DNA of 64,000 nt, taken from contig NC_134031.1 in assembly GCF_964204645.1 (NCBI RefSeq), forward strand, positions 20,777,910 through 20,841,909, given 5' to 3'. Positions 50,001-59,195 of this stretch are shown piece after piece (within the stretch, counting starts at the first letter, position 1; every line of letters starts with the position of its first letter). Under the pieces are notes generated by a model, which made no database searches, had not been told where the DNA came from, and saw only the letters and a list, made by a program, of their open reading frames with translations. Source of the DNA: Tubulanus polymorphus. Lineage: Eukaryota; Animalia; Nemertea. A program made the translations under genes and the position numbers.

Positions 50001-53000
50001 ACCAGTACATTCATTGCAATGATTATCACTATAGTGAATCTTGCGAATCTAGGTGTACATATCAAACGAGATGTGAACGGGAAGAGAACAACTGCCGCGA
50101 CTTATCATTATCAGGAAAGTAGCCGAATTTCCGAAGACACCTAACATGAACCAGACGGGCAGAATGAACAATGACACATGAAGGTAGATTCCTGACCTGT
50201 TTGCAACAGACATTAGAATGATGTAACTCCTGTAAGTTCGACCAATTTGAATCTGAGTTGAATTCATGATTCACGAGGAACGAATGAGAGTACCGAGTAT
50301 CTCTGAGAGTTTACTAACTGTGTGAGACTTTACTGAGAGTCGAGATTTTCTGTATGGACGGTCAGAGAGAGTACTGAATGTCTGTGAGTGTATACTGTAC
50401 GCGAATCTACAGGACCTGACGGTGTCTTTACAGCTAACATTCATTTGCAGCGAATAGAAAATCAATTCTCTCGGAAAACCTAATGCAATTTTCTCATATT
50501 TTGTGAAAGTTTATCATTGTGTAAAATATATATGTAACTAAATCAAATATCAATATTTGTTGTACAAGAATTCATTGCAAATGGTGTGAAATTGCAAATG
50601 CAAATGGTGAATAGTAAAACATCAGAACAGGTTGGAAAATGTGTTTTGATATGAAGTCCCACGTCACACTCGACACAGAGGCTTGCTGCGATTATTACTC
50701 CGATGCCAACAGTGGGAATAATCCTTTCAGAGGCATTTTCATCCGTCAGGGGATTCGAACCAACTACGCTAAAGCTGTTCTGCTGGTGGAAACGAGTTCG
50801 CGAGTGATACCGGACCCCTGGCAAGCGAGGATGCTTCAAAGGACGTTCTGTTATCTAAATGAATTTTAGTAGCAAACTGCGCGTTGGTTTATCAAATACA
50901 ACCAGCCCGATATTGAATCTGTATGTGGATTCCGATGGACGGCTTTCTTATTCCACTCCTTTTAGGAAACGAATGTATGATTGACCCAGTCATTGAATCT
51001 TATTTCTCCGATCCGCTCATGATTTGAACCTTATAGCAGGTATCAATAAGAAGATGTCCTTGTTCTAAAAATACATGGAATTTGAAAAAATCGTAACTCG
51101 AGAAAAGAACTTACACGAATTGCAGAGACTAGAATTTTTATTGACATGAAACATAAATTTGTTGTTTCATTCTGTCCATAGATTGATTAAATAGCCCGCG
51201 TATAGTTGTCGGTCATTCAGATGCACCAACTCTGAAAAGATAAGACATGATATGTTAGATCAACGGACTTCTATTTAGTCAGTAATTCAAGCTAATTTTC
51301 TTAAAATGAAATATCATTGATTACCTATATCTAACCGGCCATAGCTGTGCCGTTATTAGTCGCAGGTGCCGTGCTGTTTGATGCGCCGCCGCCGGACTCT
51401 TCTGAATCTTCTTCAGATGAGCTGCTTTCTGAACTTTCTGAACTTTCTGAGCTCTCTGAACTACTTTCTGAACTACTTTCTGAGCTCTCTGAACTACTTT
51501 CTGAACTACTTTCTGAACTCTCTGAACTACTTTCTGAACTACTTTCTGAGCTCTCAGAACTACTTTCGGAACTTTCTGAACTGCTTACTGAGCTCTCCGA
51601 ACTACTAGAACTACTGGAGTCACCTAATTCCACGGGGATCATAGCAATTGCCAATTCTTCTGACGAAGCATCTAATAAGAGAGCGCGTTCACACGCAAAC
51701 CATTCACTTGATACTAAACCAATGCGGAAGTGACGAAGTGGGTCATTTCCGGTACCAGTTGCAATTCTTAAACGCAATCATTTGGCTCGGGCCTGGTCCG
51801 ACGTTTTCAGTCGGGCCAAACAGGCTCGGGCCCATTTAGCACCCGTGTGAACAGTTGTTCCGGGCCAAATTTGGCCCAGGCCAAAAACGCTCGTGTGATC
51901 GCGGCTAGTCATACTATAGCCCAGGGCGAAATTGTGAAAGGTGCCTCCGACTGGGCCAACCGATTACACCAATGTGCGGCTACATAATTACTTTTTAAAC
52001 TCACTGAAATTATTCATCGGAAACAAATTATTTCCAAAAACCGGGGCAGTACATTTCTTGTCAGCCTTTTGGAACAAGTCGTCAAATTTATCCTGTTGTG
52101 CAATTATATTTGATTAGCAACGCTTTCTACACAAAATATGAGCTCATTGTGAGAGATGCATTGTGATGATAATTTGTGGTCAAGGAATTTTTCAGGAGCG
52201 GATTTTTTCAGCATTACGCGATCGTATGCTGAGTAAACTATTGCCCATAAATGAAAACAAAAACACACGGCTCCTCTTCTTAAGCAGCAGATTTAGGTCA
52301 ATGGGAATGTTACACGCGACGAGCTCCTATAAAAGCTTCTCTCCTGTCCTAACGTGTACGCAATGTGCATCCAGCGGGTGGGTTACAAAATATTAGTTAA
52401 ACATTAGGTCAGACAACAAACAGCGTGTTTAGGGGTCACCGACTCGCAAAGACCAAAGATTTTTTCGGGGATGCGCACGGCTTATCGCTCCGAGACCCAA
52501 CCGAACATGCGATGTCACTCGTCCATTCCTTGAACCGCAACGACAAACCATGTCCGTTTATCTATGATAAATCAGATACTCCTCCTTCACCAAGAACCTT
52601 AGTGTCTGACACTAGGATCGTAATCGTAGAGCAACGTACAGCCAGACTACAGGACTGGGTGAACTCCTCCGAGCTAAAACAACTCGATTCTTCAGATTCC
52701 ATAGCGTTACCGATAATGGATGAATTGGAACTAAAAGTGGTGGATTATTGTATAACGCTGGAGTGGTTGAATTGTGTTGAATTTCGCCTTTTCCATGAAA
52801 ACCATTTTAAATGAATGACATTTTCAAAGAATTTGTTTATAGTGAAAAACCAAAACTTTTGAGGCCAATCAGGAAAAACAATTACACTTAACGAACAAAT
52901 GTTTTGTCGCATGTGATGACTTTATTGTAGATACATGTAGTATCTTCGAGTTTGATTTGACATTTCAGTTAAATACATCTGAAATGTAAATACAACATTT

Positions 53001-55359
53001 ATTAAAACCATCATGAATGATTCACAGATTTGTGTGTAATAATTTTCTGTAACAAAGACAGCCGTGATTGGTAGTTACAAATACTGCATATCTGTTTGAT
53101 CTCTCCAGTCACAATGATGGGTACGAGTTTTGCTAGATGATCATTTTTTATTTGATTTTTTCCGCTGAATGAAATTGAATTGAACGGAATATGCAGACCT
53201 GCAGTTACGTTGTATGATTATAATATTTCATAACTGTTTCTAAGATTCTGTATTGACCATCTAGAACATGTGGCACGGCCACTTCTCAGAGCGAAACACT
53301 GTTTAAACGGGTCACAATGGCGATGTGTGGGTTCGTTCGTCCAACGACGAAACTCATCACAGATTCGACATGTTGATATACTCACTTTACGCAATAGCAA
53401 CACGCATAAATGCAATTATATCTGAGACGTTTAACATGTGTTGCATGTCTTTTTGCACAAATTCCTTCTGTATTTATCGCTTTTGCAAATATTTGGCAAC
53501 CTACACGTAGCCCCCGCTCTATCAACGCAAGCGCCTGTTCAAAGATAATCGATACATGCATATGGAGTGTAGATTATTACGTCAAAGATCTATAAGTTTC
53601 GAAATTTCTCTCAACAAAACTTACGTTTTACAACGACATGTTCTTTCTCGAGGGCTGGAAACAATCAATACATAAAGTTGGTCCTTGTGATGGCAATAAG
53701 TCGAATGAACTTTCTGGCAATCATTTCTCGGACCCACCCTTTCAATTGACGTATTAAGCAAAAGCTTACCTGTGATTTCTGTCACTGCCACTGTCATTGC
53801 CAGCAGCAATATCATAACTTTGAAACTAACCATCCTAAATTGTAATAACATATTTTAAAACAATCGTTTGAACCTTTCAAAGTTATAGTTAGATGAATGT
53901 GTCAGTGAATTTACCTTCAGAAACTGGTAGAACTGTCACAGGATTCAGTAGAACCTTTTGATTTTGTTTTGGGGGAACCTGTTTATAAAGGCGACGTGTA
54001 AGAGTGAACAGAGCCGATTATTCTAAATATGAATTTTTCATGAGATATTATGCCAGGAGTATTATACTTCGGAAACATTTGTCAAGTTTTTTAAATCTGG
54101 AATACGCGTATCACGAAAATATGTTACAGTCTCGTTTTTTAAGAATAATGTCACTAAATAGCAGACTTATGAGGGCCTACATAAAACATGGCAGATTGTA
54201 AACATTATTTGCGTATTGCATCATTTCTGTTCTACTCCACGGTATGGTGATATATATCTTTACCTATGACATTATTGATAGTGCACTTAAAGACCTTTTA
54301 ATATTTGACACCGTGCTTGACGTTTAGATTCAAAAAAATTGTTTAAGTAAATCAAACTTGAAATCAATGGTTATTTGATTGCTGAATTTCTACAGCGGAT
54401 TTTCATACAGAAATATTCGCGAATTTCTCGTCCAAGTAAAAGATATATGTAGAAATTTACCACATAGTTACACATTTGAAACTGTGCAAATATGTCATAT
54501 AGAATATATTTAATTTCTTCAGAGATTGGCGTCAATACAGTAAAAGTGGATGGAAGTGTGAACATCGCAAATGCGAGCGAAACTGTTACAAGCATTATTG
54601 TTGTACGTTTTGATTTCGTTGTTTTCTGATCGGAAGAAACCATTTTTGAACCTCTGAATAACTGAACTATTATAACAGAATTTGCTGTTATAATCAAAGA
54701 TAACGGTATGATATACGCGTGAATGACAAACACGGAAAAAAATTTAATTTGGTCTATCAAAGTATGGTAACATCCGAACGCAGGATCTGCGAAACGAATC
54801 GACACCGTGGGCAGAAGAGTGAGAACCACTATATTTACTAGAGAAATTATCAATGTAGCAAATCTTGCGAATGTCGGTGTACATATCAAACGAGATGTGA
54901 ACGGGAAGAGAACAACTGCCACTCGTTCTAGAGATATCGCTATTATTAACCACGAACTATTAACAACTGCAAACCCCATTACAAATTCATAGATTTGACA
55001 ACTGATCAGTGAATTCATGATGAATATAGGACCATCTTTAACGTGCAAGAGAATAAACTGTAAAACAGGTATCAGCGAATAATTCAAACAGACCGTTGAA
55101 TCACTGAGAGACAAAACGACAAGATAATTAGCGTAAGATAAACTGCGGAATCTGCGACTTATCATTATCAGGAAAGTAGCCGAATTTCCGAAGACACCTA
55201 ACATGAACCAGACGGGCAGAATGAACAATGACACATGAAGGTAGATTCCTGACCTGTTTGCAACAGACATTAGAATGATGTAACTCCTGTAAGTTCGACC
55301 AATTTGAATCTGAGTTGAATTCATGATTCACGAGGAACTATCTAGTTTACACGTCCATG

Positions 55360-55399
<40 letters not shown>

Positions 55400-58145
55400 T
55401 GAATGTCTGTGAGTGTATACTGTGCGCGAATCTACAGGACCTGACGGTGTCTTTACAGCTAACATTCATTTGCAGCGAATAGAAAATCAATTCTCTCGGA
55501 AAACCTAATGCAATTTTCTCATATTTTGTAAAAGTTTATCATTGTGTAAAATATATATGTAACTAAATCAAATATCAATATTTGTTGTACAAGAATTCAT
55601 TGCAAATGGTGTGAAATTTATGATAGTAAAACATCAGAACAGGTTGGAAAATGTGTTTTGATATGAAGTCCCACGTCACACTCGACACAGAGGCTTGCTG
55701 CGATTATTACTCCGATGCCAACAGTGGGAATAATCCTTTCAGAGGCATTTTCATCCGTCAGGGGATTCGAACCAACTACGCTAAAGCTGTTCTGCTGGTG
55801 GAAACGAGTTCGCGAGTGATACCGGACCCCTGGCAAGCGAGGATGCTTCAAAGGACGTTCTGTTATCTAAATGAATTTTAGTAGCAAACTGCGCGTTGGT
55901 TTATCAAATACAACCAGCCCGATATTGAATCTGTATGTGGATTCCGATGGACGGCTTTCTTATTCCACTCCTTTTAGGAAACGAATGTATGATTGACCCA
56001 GTCATTGAATCTTATTTCTCCGATCCGCTCATGATTTGAACCTTATAGCAGGTATCAATAAGAAGATGTCCTTGTTCTAAAAATACATGGAATTTGAAAA
56101 AATCGTAACTCGAGAAAAGAACTTACACGAATTGCAGAGACTAGAATTTTTATTGACATGAAACATAAATTTGTTGTTTCATTCTGTGCATAGATTGATT
56201 AAATAGCCCGCGTATAGTTGTCGGTCATTCAGCTGCACCAACTCTGACATGATATGTTAGATCAACGGATATGTATCTTTGCCTGTTGCTTTATTCAGAT
56301 TGCACTTTCAAGACGAAAAAACTTTTAATATTTGTCACCGTGCTTAACGTTTAGATTTAAAAAAAGTTGTGTAAGTGAATCAAACTTGAAATCAATGGTT
56401 ATCTGACTGCTGAATTTCTACAGCGGATTTTCATACAGAAATATTCGCGAATTTCTCGTCCAAGTAAAAGATATATGTAGAAATTTACCACATAGTTACA
56501 CATTTGAAACTGTGCAAATATGTCATATAGAATATATTTAATTTCTTCGGAGATTGGCGTCAATACAGTCAAAGTGGATGGAAGTGTGAACATCGCAAAT
56601 GCGAGCGAAACTGTTACAAGCATTATTGTTGTACGTTTTGATTTCGTTGTTTTCTGATCGGAAGAAACCATTTTTGAACCTCTGAATAACTGAACTATTA
56701 TAACAGAATTTGCTGTTATAATCAAAGATAACGGTATGATATACGCGTGAATGACAAACACGGAAAAAAATTTAATTTGGTCTATCAAAGTATGGTAGCA
56801 TCCGAACGCAGGATCTGCGAAACGAATCGACACCGTGGGCAGAAGAGTAAGAACCACTATATTTACTAGAGAAATTATCAATGTAGCGAATCTTGCGAAT
56901 GTCGGTGTACATATCAAACGAGATGTGAACGGGAAGAGAACAACTGCCACTCGTTCTAGAGATATCGCTATTATAAACCACGAACTATTGCTGACTGCAA
57001 GCGCCATTACAAATTCATAGATTTGACAACTGATCAGTGAATTCATGATGAATATAGGACCATCTTTAACGTGCAAGAGAATAAACTGTAAAACAGGTAT
57101 CAGCGAATAATTCAAACAGACCGTTGAATCACTGAGAGACAAAACGACAAGATAATTAGCGTAAGATAAACTGCGGAATCTGCGACTTATCATTATGAGG
57201 AAAGTAGCTGAATTTCCGAAGACACCTAACAGGAACACGATGGGCAGAATGAACAATGACACATGAAGGTAGATTCCTGACCTGTTCACTACTGACATTA
57301 GAACGATGTAACTGCTGTACGTTCGACCGATTTCTATCCGGCGAGTAGAATTCATGATTCACATTGAGACTCACCGAAAATCATTCAACGTAATTTAATG
57401 TAGTAACATTTCATTGAAACTCACAATTTGTTGTTTGCATCAAATACAAAATCGATTCTGAAATCTGGAATAATTTATTCAGATATTGTAAAAGTTTATT
57501 ATTTTGCAAAATGTAAATGTAACTGAATTGAATATCAATATTTGTTGTACTGTATATAATGTATGTAATGTACTTTTACCATTTACAATGTATTTAATTG
57601 TAAATGGTGAAATATCTTATAAGTAAAATATCTGAACAGTTTGGAAAATGTTTGCACAAGTTCTCAGTGAGGTCACAAAATGGCTGGGCCCTCCTGTCTG
57701 ATATCAAAACATGGCTGGGCCCTCTGCGTCATATCAATGGATGCTATTTACCTGTAGAAGTGATTATTTTGTGGTCAAACCTTGTATAAAAACATATAAA
57801 CGAAGTTATCGATAATTGCTTCGTGTTATGAATGGTACCGGGCTTATTTTCAGTGTAAAATCACAGATCACCATGGCAATTTGAAACCTGCTTTTAACAA
57901 ACCTCCTGGCACTGAAACCCTTTATCACTGGTCGCTGCTATATCAGTTAGCCTATAGTTATTATTATCACGATTTTGATTATTTTTCAGGTATGTTACTT
58001 CATGGCGTTCCTCGTATTGACGTATGCGATATCTCTTATTGCGACTATCTCATTCGAATCTCCCATGATAGCACTTGAAAAAGTGTTATGCAAGGATTGT
58101 CAGTGCTGTCGTCCTTGTATGAAAAAAATATGTTGTAAAAGATAA
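44051..58145 (+). CDS. Nose-resistant-to-fluoxetine 6 (NRF-6)-like / acyltransferase-3 family membrane protein, copy 1, about 709 aa, 15 exons
   Basis: Exons 44051-44297, 44710-44858, 44965-45046, 45579-45678, 45762-45991, 46432-46605, 46754-46850, 46948-47046, 47389-47560, 47660-47739, 47841-47954, 48064-48178, 48456-48627, 48719-48861, 57990-58145 (2130 nt, in frame). Signal peptide, NRF domain (MFDATGK..FGKYDQC..YC..C.PSTC), and motifs CIHGIRF..WIILGHTY, SVETFFFLSG, HRFWRLTP, CMGWAWFLAVDMQLH, PLSRLTYSAYLIHP and terminal FESPMIALEK. Confidence 0.88.
49065..49236 (-). pseudogene. Degenerate 5' relic of the GPCR family
   Basis: CGACCAATTTGTATCTTGAGTTGAATTCATG and GATAAACTGTGGAATCTTATCATTATC match the 5' coding end of the 54371-55324 gene with many indels. 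Confidence 0.7.
49541..50267 (-). pseudogene. GPCR pseudogene with 233-bp frameshifting deletion (TM2-TM3 lost)
   Basis: The junction AACAACTGCC|GCGACTTATC joins sequence that lies at 54920 and 55154 in the intact paralogue, giving two split ORFs (50049-50267, 49541-50065). Confidence 0.85.
50366..51234. repeat. Segmental duplication of GPCR upstream region (copy of about 55392-56246)
   Basis: Near-identical for about 870 bp; identical spurious ORFs at 50639-50869 and 55651-55881. Confidence 0.9.
51331..51713 (-). CDS. Ser/Glu-rich low-complexity terminal coding exon (S-x-E repeats); upstream exon(s) unknown
   Basis: Acceptor ...CATTGGTTTAG|TA at 51714, open frame ...LGDSSSSSSSESS(SSE)n...EEDSEESGGGASNSTAPATNNGTAMAG*, then donor at 51324, acceptor at 51232 and AATAAA at 51142-51137, all on the minus strand. 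Confidence 0.55.
53431..53833 (-). CDS. ShK-fold (ShKT) toxin-like prepropeptide, 65 aa
   Basis: Coding exons 53833-53770, 53654-53625 and 53534-53431 (phase 1/1, GT-AG) give MVSFKVMILLLAMTVAVTEITA-LEKEHVVVKR-ACVDRAGATCRLPNICKSDKYRRNLCKKTCNTC*. Six-Cys ShKT pattern with CxD and CxKTCxxC. Confidence 0.88.
53915..53990 (-). promoter_or_regulatory. TATA box and non-coding first exon of the ShK-like gene
   Basis: TATAAA at 53987-53982, donor GAAG|GTAAAT at 53914, acceptor TTTAG|G at 53835 one base before the ATG. PolyA signal AATAAA at 53003-52998. Confidence 0.65.
54371..55324 (-). CDS. Intronless rhodopsin-like 7TM GPCR (peptide-receptor/chemoreceptor-like), 317 aa
   Basis: Seven hydrophobic segments; TM1 GVFGN, TM2 LSLSD, TM3 C...ISLERV, TM5 IIP, TM6 FAMFTLP, TM7 NFYIY; N-glycosylation sequon MNST. 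Confidence 0.9.
   Translation of the reverse strand: MNSTQIQIGRTYRSYIILMSVANRSGIYLHVSLFILPVWFMLGVFGNSATFLIMISRRFRSLSYANYLVVLSLSDSTVCLNYSLIPVLQFILLHVKDGPIFIMNSLISCQIYEFVMGFAVVNSSWLIIAISLERVAVVLFPFTSRLICTPTFARFATLIISLVNIVVLTLLPTVSIRFADPAFGCYHTLIDQIKFFSVFVIHAYIIPLSLIITANSVIIVQLFRGSKMVSSDQKTTKSKRTTIMLVTVSLAFAMFTLPSTFTVLTPISEEIKYILYDIFAQFQMCNYVVNFYIYLLLGREIREYFCMKIRCRNSAIK
55363..55396. repeat. (GA)n microsatellite upstream of GPCR
   Basis: About 17 AG units; only about 4 at the paralogous position 50364-50371. Confidence 0.95.
56399..57355 (-). CDS. Intronless rhodopsin-like 7TM GPCR, 318 aa, tandem paralogue
   Basis: Near-identical to 54371-55324 from TM2 onward; divergent N-terminus/TM1 and a short TM3 patch (ALAVSN vs GFAVVN). 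Confidence 0.9.
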   Translation of the reverse strand: MNSTRRIEIGRTYSSYIVLMSVVNRSGIYLHVSLFILPIVFLLGVFGNSATFLIMISRRFRSLSYANYLVVLSLSDSTVCLNYSLIPVLQFILLHVKDGPIFIMNSLISCQIYEFVMALAVSNSSWFIIAISLERVAVVLFPFTSRLICTPTFARFATLIISLVNIVVLTLLPTVSIRFADPAFGCYHTLIDQIKFFSVFVIHAYIIPLSLIITANSVIIVQLFRGSKMVSSDQKTTKSKRTTIMLVTVSLAFAMFTLPSTLTVLTPISEEIKYILYDIFAQFQMCNYVVNFYIYLLLGREIREYFCMKIRCRNSAVR

Positions 58146-59195
58146 TTATTAGGATTGGTTGAGAGCTTCACCAAGCAGCTGAGCCTATTCAAATATATAT
58201 GCACAGTATTTTCCGAAAGTTTGTGGCACACTAGATGAATATTATTGGCGAATCGAATTAATGATTTCTAGAGTTCTCACACATCGCTTAACACCGACTT
58301 CGTAATCAACATCACTGAATGTATGTTATAAAATGTCATTGTAATAATAAAACTATTCTGAAAAATAAACTATTTAAAGACCTCTTTTTCTCGCCAAAAA
58401 GTTTCAGGTTTCTGGTCATGTAGATTTCGCACAGAATTCGGATTCTACAAATCAAGAATAAGGCAATATTTATGTCTTGCGAACTGTCAAACCAAACTGA
58501 ACAATAAAGTTACTGCTAAGATGCTTAGACCGTTCTGTGATTTGATATATTCAATTTTCACTTTTTTAAAATTTCTTCACAGTCCTTCCGAGTTTCTCTG
58601 TGGGAATGATCATTTCTATTTCCTCTCCCTGTTCCTGATCCGTAACACAATTAATTACGTGTAGTTTATTGTGGTTGCGCTGCGTCCATTTCATTGGCGG
58701 ATGTCACGTGCTCCTAAAAGCACTGTCACAAACGACTACACCTCTAGATTGGCGTTCGCGTCTGTTTCGTGCTTGGATTCGGCATTTAAACCGCCCTTCT
58801 ACAAAATATAGATATACATTGTTGACCGATTAAATCGAGAAAATTGAATAAATAACACGAATGTTTTTATTTTTTTGTCCTTGCGATTGAAAAGTTTTAT
58901 TTTTACATGTATATTTTCTTTCAATAATTCTAGGTTGAGCTGAATTCGGGTCAGAGTTGTGGTTTCCGTGTTCAATGAATTATTTATATCTCATTTTATC
59001 GTGTATATATGCAAATAGCGTGGTTTTCAAGGTTGGAATTGTCTCTATAACTTGTTTGAAGGACATTCTCAAAGAAGGTTATTTCATTATTTTCACATAC
59101 TCACCATAGAATTATTTAATGATAGTCGTTCGTTCGAAGTTGAACGATTCACGGAAAAAACATTCATATTTCGCGTATTCGTGCGTGGAACCAAG

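Noticed and set aside
50543-50869. Duplicated ORFs MKHPRLPG... / MCFDMKSH... (also 55618-55881)
   Set aside because: Identity is explained by recent segmental duplication, not coding constraint; the ends differ by an indel.
51347-51733. Plus-strand (ELLS)n leucine-zipper-like ORF
   Set aside because: Antisense shadow of the Ser/Glu repeat; splice and polyA signals lie on the minus strand.
52425-52814. 129-aa plus-strand ORF with upstream TATAAAA (52328)
   Set aside because: GTG start, no recognisable domain or coherent exon structure; cannot be supported as a gene.
53621-53851. 76-aa ORF as a single-exon secreted protein
   Set aside because: Only the signal-peptide part is coding; the rest reads through an intron of the ShK-like gene.
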